A DNA stretch of 63,136 nucleotides, filler included, from Octopus bimaculoides (Eukaryota): NCBI RefSeq assembly GCF_001194135.2. It is 5 parts of 5 records of this genome, joined end to end, with 100 filler letters (N's around TTAATTAATTAA, not from the genome) between each part and the next. Parts side by side here need not be neighbours in the genome. Positions count along the whole stretch, not along the records: positions 26,539 to 49,865 come from NC_068996.1; 4 more parts are not named here. The stretch is one strand, 5' to 3'. Made by a program: the position numbers and the translations under genes. Of this stretch, positions 37,515 through 49,965 are shown piece by piece; position 1 is the stretch's first letter; each line of letters opens with the position of its first letter. The notes under the pieces are model-generated. The model had not been told where the DNA came from and made no database searches. It saw only the letters and a list, made by a program, of their open reading frames with translations.

Positions 37515-38075
37515 AGGCACAGATGTGTCTGTGTGGCAAGAAGTTTGCTTCCAAACTGTATGGTTCTGGGTTCAGTCCCACTGAGTGGCACCTTTGGCTA
37601 ATGTTTTCCACTATAATTCCAAGCCAACCAAAGCCTTTGTCATTTAGATTTGATTGACTGAACTTGAAAGAAGTCCAAAATGGAGACAAGTACCAAAGTT
37701 CTCATGTGGCTGGCTTAATAATTGTCGAGAGATTCCACTTTACATGAAACCATGGGTAGCCTTGTTAAGTCTCAAATGAAGAATATTTATCCACCGATGC
37801 CATGTTGAGCAATCATTCTCACTGTTTGACATTAGTGTGCATGTATACACACATACACACAAACATGTGTGTATGTTTGTGTCTTGTTTTGATATTTCAC
37901 GATCGTTGTAAACGAGTGCCATTGTCATACAGGCAGTGTCAGTCATATTCTCTATTTTTGAAAAACAAATCCATCTGTGAGGAAATATTACCTCACATGG
38001 AAACCGGCGAAGGTTGGCAACAGGAAGGGCATCATCTTTCCATAGAAAATCTGCCTCAGATTCCATCCAACCCAT
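37515..38075 (+). mobile_element. SINE A head (37515-37680) and alternative GGAAGGGCATC-type tail (37880-38075)
   Basis: Head matches family A; tail ...GAGGAAATATTACC...GGTTGGCAACAGGAAGGGCATC...CATAGAAAATCTGCCTCA matches the tail at 35715-35870. Confidence 0.65.
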
Positions 38076-38292
38076 TCATCATCATCTACATCATCATTTA
38101 ATGTTCTGCTTCCATGCAGGCATGGGAAGCATGGAAAAGTGGATGTTAAAATGGTGATGATTATATGATCAGGAGCAACTCCTTGTACTTAAATCTGAGT
38201 ACACAAATTAAATTTTAAAAAGCTCAATCAAGACCATGTAAATGAAGCAGAGTTAATACAGCATGTGTGTACCCTTCTTACAACTGTTTCTC

Positions 38293-38495
38293 TTAACCCT
38301 TCAGCATTTAGAGTCCTCTGTCAAATGTAAATGCTTACTTATTTACATTGTTTTCAATTAATCATGCATTATCTCATATCTTTGGTGTGGCTGTTTATTT
38401 TTAGAATGGCACTGTAGGGGATCTGGCTGGTTTGATCATACAGTAAGGTAGAACATATGGGCTGGATATGGATGGTTTAAATGTTAACGAGTTAA
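38293..38495. mobile_element. Degenerate TTAA-flanked MITE (piggyBac-like ends)
   Basis: Left TTAACCCTTCAGCATTTAGA; right end reverse complement TTAACTCGTTAACATTTAAA; ~200 bp. Confidence 0.55.
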
Positions 38496-39458
38496 AAATG
38501 GATTTATTTCGAAGTGTGATTTGTTATTTGCATTCAATCAATCACTTATCCCAAAACAGTTTGGTGCTAATCTATGGGGAGTAACTTTTCCTTTGGCAAT
38601 CTAATTTCTATTGATGATGAGAATAAACAGTAAATAGAAGTACTTCAAACTGCAAACACTGCATTTTAAGATTTGTCCAGAGTAGTTATAAAGCACATTA
38701 TCTCTTGATCACTGTAGCAAAGAATCTTGTATGTCCTGCCCTACATTACCACAAAGCATACTTACATAGACAGTTAATTCTTGATTGTCCAAATGAGATG
38801 AGCTGAGAATATGTTGTTTGGATAACTGATCTGATTGTGACTTAAAAGAAGGCAAACTGAATTTAATAATGGAACTGTGAGACCTTGTCCTGATAGTCCA
38901 AAATTTGAATAATTGATGTGTTGATTACTGAAGTTTGGCCATATTCTTCTGTGTTCTTTTATTCAATATTCTGCTAGCCATTGCTCATCATCTCTTTTTA
39001 ACCAAATTCAGTGGCTATACATATACACACAAGAATACATGCATAATGTCTGGCTAAAGGTTAGGGTATTCAACTCCTTATGTGTTCATAATATTGGTGG
39101 TCGTGGTACTGTGAGGTCAGTTCTTGAATCATTAAGGAAAAAACAGTCTAATTGTTTGTATGTAGACAACTGGACAGCTGTGGAAACATCTTTTCCTGAA
39201 TGGTGTGTCAATTTTGAAGAAATTCTTGATATTGTATCACCCTATTTGGAATTGGTTGCTATCACCTCAAGGCATTTGTTTAGTCTTCTTCCGAAGAGAA
39301 GATAATTTAAATACATCAGGAATTTTAGGAATGGCATCCAACCATAGAAACTATGTCAAAGCTGATATTAGAGCTCAAAGCAGTCCTGAAACTTGTATAT
39401 TCTCTCAAACCATTCAACCCATGCCAGCATGGAAAACAGACATTAACAGATAATGCTG

Positions 39459-39500
<42 letters not shown>

Positions 39501-40073
39501 ATGATGATAGTGTAAATGTGTGTGTATATATATATATATTTGTATGTATATATACATATGTATGTATGTATACATGCACACATGAAAACATATATAACAT
39601 AAACATAGACACAAAGATAAGAATCAAAGATGATAGTGACCTATTGACTTGCTTGAGGTAGCAGCTAAATCTTCAAATAACACCCTACTGTGTCTTCAAA
39701 AAAAGAGCACATTGTATAATACAGTTTTAGATACACTATCTGAAATCAAGACAGGATGGTCATATCAGGAACACCTTTGGTAAAAAGTCTCCTCTATCAG
39801 ACAAGAACAAAATAGTTATTTGTCTTTCTCTTTTTTTTTTTTGCAGATATTCCTCACTCAGTACCAATTCCATTAGAAACATTTTGAAATGCTACTTTCC
39901 AGTTTTAATTGTTTGTTTTAAAAGTTCCTGTTTTCTTCCTCACATACCATATACGTATTTTCTAGAGAGGTGTGGTGGAATGTTACCAAAATTTCTTTCT
40001 TCCTGCATTTCCAAACTTCCTCAAGTCTTTCTCAGCTCACGAAAAGTTGGCAATGGTTCACCAACACATTAGT

Positions 40074-40133
<60 letters not shown>

Positions 40134-40154
40134 ATGTACACACATGCATACATA

Positions 40155-40210
<56 letters not shown>

Positions 40211-40241
40211 CATACATATATATATATACTTTTATATACAC

Positions 40242-40272
<31 letters not shown>

Positions 40273-40539
40273 TATATATATATACTCACACACAAATGCA
40301 TATGTATTAATAAGAATTAAGAATACTTTTGTTTGTGAGAAGCATCTTATTACCTCCTTCTCTCCCTGTACATACATGTGTGTGTGTTTGTCTGTGTTAT
40401 TGTGTTTGTATATGCGGCAGGCATAATTTTCATTCACATTCCATCACAAGACTCTTCCTCTTTATCTGTTTCTCTCTTTCTTCCGCTTCTTTCATTGTCT
40501 TTAGCTTAAAAACAAGATATGATTGTGCTGATAATAATG

Positions 40540-40894
40540 GTTTCAAATTTTTGGCACAAGGCCAACAATTTCAGGACAGGGGCATGAGTCAGTCTGACCC
40601 CTGAAAGGATGAAAGGCAAAGTTGACCTCAGTGGAATTTGTACTCGGAATGGAATGGTAGACAAAATGCTGCTAAGCATTTTTCCCAGCATGCTAATGAT
40701 TCTGNNNNNNNNNNGGGGCGGAGAATAGTCGATTACATCAATCTCAGTGTTGCTCTGGTACTTAATTTATTGACCCCAGAAAGGATGAAAGTCGACCTCG
40801 GCAGAATGTGAACTCGGAATGTAAAGACGGATGAAATACCGCCAAACATTTTGCGTGGCATGCTAATGATTTTGCTAACTTGCCAACTCAGTAG

Positions 40895-40925
<31 letters not shown>

Positions 40926-41165
40926 CCTTTCTACTTTAGGCATAAGGCCTGAAATTGGGGGGAAGGGATTAAGTCAATTACATCAACCCCTGTGTTTCAC
41001 TGGTACTTAAAAACAAGATATGATTGTGCTGATAATAATGGTTTCAAATTTTTGGCACAAGGCCAACAATTTCAGGACAGGGGCATGAGTCAGTCTGACC
41101 CCAAAAGGATGAAAGGCAAAGTCGGCCACGGCAGAATTTGAACTCAGAACGTAGCGACAGTCAAA
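40540..41165 (-). mobile_element. Cluster of three SINE B copies
   Basis: Three GAAAGGATGAAAG(GCAAA)GT..ACC...GAATTTG.ACTC.GAA segments separated by (TAA)n and an N gap. Confidence 0.8.
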
Positions 41166-41194
41166 ATGATGATTACAATAATAATAATAATAAT

Positions 41195-41590
41195 TGTCTG
41201 GCTTCCGTGCCAGTAGCACATAAATAGCACCATTTGAGCGTGATCGTTACCAGTGTCGCCTTCCTGGTACTCGTGCCGGTGGCACGTGAAAAGACATTCG
41301 AGTGAGGTCGTTGCCAGTGCTGCTGGACTGGCTCCTGTGCAGGTGGCACGTAAAATACACCATTTTGAGCATGGCCGTTGCCAGTACCACCTGACTGGCC
41401 TTCGTGCCGGTGGCATGTAAAAAGCACCCACTACACTCTCGGAGTGGTTGGCGTTAGGAAGGGCATCCAGCTGTAGAAACTCTGCCAGATCAGATTGGAG
41501 CCTGGTGCAGCCATCTGGTTTTACCAGTCCTCAGTCAAATTGTCCAACCCATGCTAGCATGGAAAGCAAACATTAAACGACGATGATGAT
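41195..41590 (+). mobile_element. SINE family D with four internal ~60-65-bp tandem modules
   Basis: Repeated TGCC(G/A)GT(G/A)GCAC(G/A)TAAAA..CACC module, then GGAAGGGCATCCAGCTGTAGAAAC and (GAT)n tail. Confidence 0.85.
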
Positions 41591-41717
41591 AATAACAATA
41601 ATAATAATAATTATAGTTTCAAAATTTGCCACAAGGGCAGCAATTTTGTGGGGTGAGGGGATGAGTTGATTATATCAAACACTTTTCAACTGGTACTTAT
41701 TTATTAACCCCGAAAGC

Positions 41718-41761
<44 letters not shown>

Positions 41762-42589
41762 TTCTTTTAATAATAATGTTTACGCATTTACTTTGAGGAT
41801 AACAGTGGACGCTACCCTTTCATAGATACCCATTAACCATCCATGGAAACATTGCTTAAATAGCCTTGCAACCACGGATACAGCAAGATATTGCAACCAC
41901 AGATATGGCAATGGCAAAATTCTGTGATGGAGAAGACCTGTTGAACCCATACAAGCATAGGAACAAATAAGAAAAAGGATATAAAATGATGAGAATGTGG
42001 ATGTCTTTATACAGTGGGTGGGTTGTTTTTTTTATTCTTTATTCTGTTAAATCCTTTACAAGGTAATAACTTCTCCCTTTTATATTTTGTCCTACTCTCC
42101 TCTCTGTCAGCATGTCTTTGCTTGCTGACAAAAGAAAGTCTTTCTTTACCTCCTAACATGTCAGTAGGTAGAATGGTAAAGACTTGTCTTTACCTACTGT
42201 CATGTCAGGTCTTTCCTTTAAATAACACGTCAATCATTGCTTTTTTCAGTTTATTTTGATAGCCATGTCATTTTCTATTTTCTGATGTTGTGCTCGCTTC
42301 AATCAGACATTCGAAGAAACGAAGTAAGTCGTGTATGAGTTAAATACACAAAACCAGTTTAAATACAGGCCGCCGAAATTTGCTTAGTTGTTTTTATAAT
42401 TCAGCCAGGAATGTGTGTGCGTATTGTTTAACTGTTGGAAAAGGAATACTCAATATCATAGTTATTTTGGTCCAATCAGTCTTTCGTTGCTCTGAGCTTC
42501 ACAAATCATAACTTGGTCTAAAGATCCCACTACACCTACAGGTGAAACTCAGAAGTGGAAGACTGTTCCAACTAAAATAAAATATATTC

Positions 42590-42625
<36 letters not shown>

Positions 42626-42777
42626 GCACACACACACAGAAGTTTGAGATTCAAATAGGAAAATATAAACTCAAAACATAATTTTCAATAAGTACCAACA
42701 TCTGAAACTATCACCCTTTGAGTCACTCTGTAAGTTCTGCTCATTATTAATCAAAACACACACATGCACACACAGAC

Positions 42778-43570
42778 ATTCAGTCATCAGACTGCTGGGG
42801 GACCGCCCTGAATTTTTGATTGAATGAATTGACCTCAGTACTTACTTTTCGAAGCTGGTACTTATTCTGTCAGTATCTTTTGACGAATCACTAAGTTACA
42901 AGGACACAAACACATCAACACCAGTTGTCAAATAGTGGTGTTGGGGGACAAACACATACAGGTACACACACACACAGTCAAGTAAAACCAAAATCGTAGC
43001 TGTGGCCAGTGGCCCCTGACTGGCTCCCATGCCAGTAGCATGTAAAAATCACCATCTGAACTTGGTCGATACCAGTGCCCCCCGACTGGCTCCCATGCCG
43101 GTGGCACGTAAAAAGCACTATCCGAACGTGATCGATGCCAGGGTTGTCTGACTGGCTCCCATGCTGGTGGCACATAAAAAGCACCCACTACACTCTCAGA
43201 GTGGTTGGCATTAGGAAGGGCATACAGCTGTAGAAACTCTGCCAGATCAGATTGGAGCCTGGTGTTGCCACTGGCTTTCCAGACCTCAGTCAAACCATCC
43301 AACCCATACCAGCATGGAAAACAGACATTAAACGATGATGATGATACATATATATATACTATGGGCTTCTTTCAGTTTCTGTCTACCAAATCCACTCTCA
43401 GTTTCTGTCTATCAAATCTACCAAATCCATTTTCTGTCTACAAATCCAAGGCTTTGGTCGGCCCGAGGCTCTAGTAGAAGACACTTGGCCAAGGTGGCAT
43501 GTAGTGGGACTGAACCGGGAACCATGTGATTGGGAAGCAAGCTTCTTACCACACAGTCATGTCTATGCCT
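42778..43570 (-). mobile_element. SINE A (tail 42778-42980, head 43360-43570) with a plus-strand SINE D (42985-43345) nested in its hinge
   Basis: Order and orientation of tail and head match intact copies; the insert matches family D with three internal modules. Confidence 0.8.
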
Positions 43571-45087
43571 ATTCATATTCTTGGTGGAATTATAAAATAA
43601 ATAAATAAATTATAATGGTATTTTAAATGGTTTTATGTATTTAAGTAATACAACTTCCTTTGTTTTTTCAAAGGATTGATGGATGCTAGTGCTAGCACAC
43701 TATTAGAAAACAGGAATGACATTACTCTGGATGTGTGTGTGTTAATACATATATGTATATGTGTGTAGTATGTATGTATGGTGACTGTGACTTATTGTCA
43801 TTTCTGTGAAATGTCACAATGACACTAATTATATCAATATCACTCCAAAATTTCATTAAGAATTGATAGAAAATGCATGAATGAGAAAGCAAATGAATTT
43901 TATCAAGCTTTGCATTGAGAATTTACTTAAAATGAATACCTGTTATTCTTGGAGATTTAATATATAATTATTTTTGTTTTGTTGTTTCTATTTCTGTTTT
44001 TGAATTCTTTTTTTTTTGTATCTGTTTTTCATTTTAATTTTACACTTTTCTAATTCCATTCAATGATTTGTAGATTTTAAAATATATAATATCTTATAGA
44101 AGATAAATGTAGTGATTAAATTTGTTAAATTAAATAATTGCTTAATTGCTACCATTTAATGCAATAAAAATAAGATGTTCTTGTAAATTACTACATCCAG
44201 ATAATACAATACACACACACACATATACACATACAGACATGCTATTTGGATATACTAATTTATAGGGTGATATGTGTGTATTCTTGTATATATATTTCTG
44301 AGTGTAGTGGGTGTAACCAATCTAAGTTTTGTATGGAATCTTGCAGTCTCTTGTTTGATCCTATTCTGTGGCATTTTGGGGAAATGTCTTTTACCAAAAA
44401 CTTTGTTGCGCCTATGCTTTGCAATTTGAAATTGAGTTGATAAAAATTCTCTGGAAGTTCATTGGGTGGACTGTATTTGTAATTCAGAGTCTTTGTTGCA
44501 TTACATTAATTCTTCCAGCAGTAGATACTTCTATTGGTGGAATGCCCAGCTGAATCTGTGAGCCAGCATTTCATTTCAGTTGACCAACCGACCAGAAGAT
44601 TCATTTGTCTTTGAATCTAACAAAGACTCTTGTATTTTTACTTCAATGGCGTTACATTTAAAACTAGTACACCTTCGTTAGCTTCATTTTTTTTATTTAC
44701 CATATTTACTCACCAGTATTGTGAGTAAATTAATTCTAAACATCAGGACCAAAAATGGATGTGTACCACATGATAAAGCATGCAGTGTCACTATCACTCT
44801 TGAGTGTGTTTGTCCTGGTAGTAGGCATTGTCATCATCATCAATTTAGCATCCACTTTTCCAGGCTTGCAGTCAAACCATTCAACCCATGCCAGCATGGA
44901 AAGCAGACGTTAAATGACAATGATTATAATGATGATGATTATATATATATATATATATATATATATAAGTTCAAAAAAAGGAAAAAGACAAAAAACAATA
45001 ACAAAAAACAATGTGAGGACGTGATACAGATAGTGTTACTAGACGCTCGGGAAAGGAAAGAGAGAGAGTATGACGTTTCAAGTGGAG

Positions 45088-45160
<73 letters not shown>

Positions 45161-46342
45161 TACAACAGGCTTCTTTCAGTTTCCATCTACCAAATCCACT
45201 CGCAAGACTTTGATTGGCCCAAGGTTATAGTAAAAGACACTTGCCCAATGTACCATGTAGTGAGACTGAACCCGGAACCATGTGGTTGGGAAGCAAGCTT
45301 CTTACTGCACAGCCACATCTGTGCCTATATTTTCTTATTAATATTTAGCAGAAACAGCTGACTGACTCTGGCCACAAATTCCATGTGTTGGCACTTATCG
45401 CTTACATATATTTGGATCTACTTGTCATACATGAGGTTTTACTTTGGATGTGTATTCCACTTAAATTTACTGGTGCCTGATTGCTGGATATTGTTAACCA
45501 AATTCCTTAAAAACTGAGTGCTTTATTGATATCTGCCTGGATTTTTTAATCCCTTTTTTTCTTCTAACTAGTAATATTTATAAGTTAACAGGGTGAAATA
45601 TTTACTCACTTTTAGGCTCAGTGTGGAGACCACATCATGTTAGAGATTGTATTGTACTTAAATAAATACTGTTAAATTTGCTTGTTTTCTATTTACATAT
45701 TTCAGCATAGAGATGTAGATCTCTTTCTTTTATATCCCTTCATTACAGAGAAGATGTCAGTTGTTATTCTTATATAACAAAAACATTACTGTCTAAACAG
45801 CAGCCAGTCTCTGGTACTTTAAATACACTTTTGTTTGTTGTTACAGTCTGGTTTTCTTAACTGCTGCTCATTCAGGCGTAACACATTCTTGTGTAATAAG
45901 CTTTTGATCTTTGGTCGTGGTACACTAATGAAGCTACATGTCATTTCCTTGATAGGCTCTTCTCTCACCTCTAATGAATCGGTCTTTTTTCTATGAGTTT
46001 GTGTACCTCTGCTATTACCTGTTTCTCATCTACAGTCAGATTGTTTTGAACCTTGTCTAGTGCAGTCTTGCATTACCCTACTTTGCTACAACTACTAGAA
46101 ATAACAGCCAATGTCCCTCAAATCACATCTTTCTGTCCTCCTCATCATCATTGTTTTAACATTTGCTTTTTCTTACTGGCAGCCTCACAAAAGTTGTATA
46201 CCATTCCGATCACTAATCCTCACATTTTTCCAAGTAAGCTATTGCCAAACATGTTTTTCATTGTAGATTGGAAACAAATGAGGTGGCTTATAATTTGGTG
46301 GCTATTGTACAACCCTCACACAATGTTAGAGGGGGACACTCA

Positions 46343-46373
<31 letters not shown>

Positions 46374-46545
46374 TGGGTATGTTGATGCAAACAGGAAAAT
46401 TTTAACTCAAAATATGTGTATTTTTTATTTAGTAGAAATAACAGTGATTCAAGTTTCATAAGTGCCAACACATGAAACTCTTGGACCTGGATCACTCTAT
46501 TACTTCTTCTAAATATTAATATATATATATATATATATATACACA

Positions 46546-46913
46546 TTCTTGTATTCTTTTACTTGTTTCAATCATTTGACTGTGGCCATGCTGGAGCACT
46601 ACCTTCAGTCGAGCAAATCAACCCCAGGACTTATTCTTTGTAAGCATAGTACTTATTCTATCGGTCTCTTTTGCTGAACCACCAGGCTACAGGGGACATA
46701 AACACACCAACACTGGCTGTCAAGCAAACACTGACACACGCATACACATATATGATGGGTTTCTTTCAGTTTCTGTCTACCAGATCCACTCACAAGGCTT
46801 TGGTCGGCCCAAGGCTATAGTAGAAAACACTTGCCCAATGTGCCACGCAGAGGAACTGTACCCGGAACCATGAGGATAGGAAACAAGCTTCTCACCACAC
46901 AGCCACTCCTGCA

Positions 46914-46918
<5 letters not shown>
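46546..46918 (-). mobile_element. SINE family A complete copy; extra heads at 45165-45330 and 46945-47110
   Basis: Co-linear with 24043-24420. Confidence 0.88.
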
Positions 46919-46951
<33 letters not shown>

Positions 46952-48219
46952 GCTTCTAACAGTTTGTCTACCAAGTCCTCTCACAGGGCTTTGGTTGATC
47001 CAGGACTATAGTAAGATACTTGCTGAAGGTGCTGCATAGTGCAGTTGAACTTGAATCCATGTGGTTAAGAAACAGACTTCTTAACTTCTTAACCATACAG
47101 CCATGCCTGTCTTACAAACGAAAGTCACTTTGGACTAGCTTAATTTAGGTATGCAGAAAGACTACCAGACAGTATGTTTATGGCTGGATCCCATTTGGTT
47201 ACAGCTATGCTTGACCTGGGCTGACTTGGAATTCAAAAACCATGATACAATAGTCATTACTACAACATTCTGTCTTTCTGAGTGACATGTCAGTTGAAAC
47301 AACCTCTCAGTTACATGAATAAAGGCAAGCTGATACAGATTAAAACAGGAGAAATGGCAGAACCTGCAAAAATATTCAAAATCTGTATTATTAAAATGGA
47401 GATGAGAATAGTGATATTGTTGTCTCTAACTGCTACCCACCACTCCATCCATCCGTCCATATATACATACATGCAGCACCCAACATGGAAAAGATGAACA
47501 TCTCACATCATTAGCTTATTCTGACTTAGCTTCATTTTGTTATTACATTAAGAAAACACTGAAGCAAGTCATACTTGAAATGAAGTGATTCTAGATGTTA
47601 AAAAATAAATAAATAGAATTTAAAGAATAAAAATGCAAAAAAAACTATTAAAAAAATAACAGCAAACAAATAAAATCTGTTCTAAAGAAAGGCAAAAAAA
47701 AAAAAAAATTGGTTGCAATTTTCTGGGCCAAGGTCCTTTGAAGTAACAGTCTGGTTTTTGTGCCACTCTAACCAATGGTGTTAGTCGTATGATGATACCA
47801 TTGCACCCAGAGTTGTGTAAAAGGAAAGTTGAGTATGGAATGTCTTGAACTGTTATAAGTGTTCTTCAGAGGAATCAGGCTACACTGGTGCTTTCTTATC
47901 TGATTAAACTTCAGGCTGTGTGTGCGTGTTTTTTGTGAATGTAAACGTGTGCAATTTGGTCGGAGCTGAAGATGGTCTCACTATCCCCACCCACTCTGTG
48001 TTTTTGGCATTAAAGAAATGAAATAAGATGGAAATTAGTGGGGGAGGGGAATATAATCCCATTCCCCTACCAACCATCATCACCACCGTCTCTATCATCA
48101 CAAATTTTTACGCGTAACAAAGTTGGGGACCTTGATTTACCGGCTTTTCATATTTCTTTCTGTGTGTATATATATGTATGTATATATGTTTGGTTCTTTT
48201 CCCTAAAACTATATATATA

Positions 48220-48280
<61 letters not shown>

Positions 48281-48360
48281 GTGTGTATATGTATGTATAT
48301 ATGTATATGTATGTATATATGTATATGTATGAATGTATGTATTATATATATATATAAATT

Positions 48361-48722
48361 AAGAAAGAGATCCTCGAACAAAACTGGCCTAAATGTCTCT
48401 CCTCACTGGACAACGACATGAAACTTCAACAATTCATGTCTGTAATGCAAGCCATATGTTACAAATGTGTCCCAGAGAGAAAGAACAAAATCCCCAGGAA
48501 GAGGAAAATTCTTAAGAGACAGTGTACAAAAGTTTCAAATCACCTGAAACAAATTGAAAGCAGTGAAAAGTCCCGCCTAAAAATACAACTGCTGGAGATT
48601 GAAAAAAATCTGCAACTCTCCCATGAAAAAGAAAGAGCAGACAAAGAAACCTGGGCTATAGACAATATAAAATCTAAGCCCAAAGCTTTCTACAAGTTTG
48701 CCAAAGAAACAGCTTCAGTGCA
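48361..48722 (+). pseudogene. CR1/L2-like LINE ORF2 fragment (EN-RT linker)
   Basis: Open frame KKEILEQNWPKCLSS...FMSVMQAICYKCVPERK...AIDNIKSKPKAFYKFAK; the IK.NPK.F(Y/W).(F/Y) motif is typical just upstream of RT in CR1/Jockey-group LINEs; (TA)n on both sides. Confidence 0.7.
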
Positions 48723-48817
48723 CTATATATATATGTGTATGTATATAAGGATTTACTTTTTGTAATGAGATAAAAGACCAAGGCTGTGTATGATATAGAA
48801 CATTTATAAATAGAATG

Positions 48818-48863
48818 TCTTACAGCTGTTTCCAGGATATTTATTATATCCCTTCATCGGAGA
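48818..48863 (-). ncRNA. Minimal hammerhead-ribozyme-like motif (Penelope type)
   Basis: Minus strand: TCT-CCGATGA-A-GGGATAT-aataa-ATATCCT-G-GAAAC-AGCT-GTA-AGA; 7-bp helix II, palindromic AGCT helix III loop, GUA triplet, 3-bp helix I, U4C core variant. Confidence 0.65.
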
Positions 48864-49258
48864 TGGTGTGAGAGGATGATTAAGAAATAGTTAGTTTAGT
48901 TAAGATAGGAAATAGAGAGTGAATGTAGAGATATATGTCTCAGTATATATATGTATGTATATGTCTATGTATAAACGTATGTATATGTATGTATATATGT
49001 ACTTATATATTTGTATGTTTATGTATATATATGNNNNNNNNNNATATGTATGTATATGTCTATGTATAAACGTATGTATATGTATGTATATATGTACTTA
49101 TATATTTGTATGTTTATGTATATATATATGTATGTATATGTCTATGTATAAACGTATGTATATGTATGTATATATGTACTTATATATTTGTATGTTTATG
49201 TATATATATGTATGTATATGTCTATGTATATATATGTACGTATATGTATGTATGTATG

Positions 49259-49451
49259 TATTGAGTAAAAAGGTCGCCAGAAAGCTGGAAAAATTTTTTT
49301 TTACTAATTCTTTATTATTAGCTGCTTCATTTATTTCTTGAACTTGTCAAATAAAATTTTGACAAGTTCAAGAATAATAATGAAAGCGCGAATAATAATA
49401 AATAAATAAAAAGATTTTTTTCCAAAATTCTGGCGACATTTTTTGTCAATA
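49259..49451. mobile_element. 193-bp imperfect palindrome, TA-flanked (Tc1/mariner-type MITE candidate)
   Basis: Central perfect 17-bp stem TTCTTGAACTTGTCAAA (49335-49351 / 49358-49374); outer arms align symmetrically (TATTGA..AAAAA.GTCGCCAGAA...TGGAAAAA). Confidence 0.75.
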
Positions 49452-49865
49452 TTCAATATCTGTACAACACACCTAAAACTCTATAGATATATATATGTAT
49501 ATATGTATATATATTTGTGTATATATATGCGTATATATATATATATATATAAATATATGTATATATGTGTATATATATATGTATATATATACGTGTATAT
49601 ATATGTATATATATGTATATATATGTGTACATTTATATGTATATGTATGTATATATATATGTATGTATATATGTATATATATATATATGTATGTATATAT
49701 GCATATATATATGTATGTATATATATATGTAGTATATGTATATATATATATGTATGTATATATATATGTAGTATATGTATATATGTATGTATATATATAT
49801 AAGTATGTATATATATATATGTATGCATATGTATGTATATATGCATATGTATGTATATATGCATA

Positions 49866-49965
49866 NNNNNNNNNNNNNNNNNNNNNNNNNNNNNNNNNNN
49901 NNNNNNNNNTTAATTAATTAANNNNNNNNNNNNNNNNNNNNNNNNNNNNNNNNNNNNNNNNNNNN
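49866..49965. other. Artificial scaffold-joining spacer 3
   Basis: 44 N + TTAATTAATTAA (49910-49921) + 44 N. Confidence 0.95.

Noticed and set aside
39100-39300. Possible LINE fragment on the minus strand
   Set aside because: The translation has stops and no diagnostic motif I can name; not supportable without a search.
44255-44505. ATG-less ~75-codon minus-strand open frame (KTLNYKYSPPNELPENFYQL...)
   Set aside because: No convincing splice sites or recognisable motif; length is compatible with chance.
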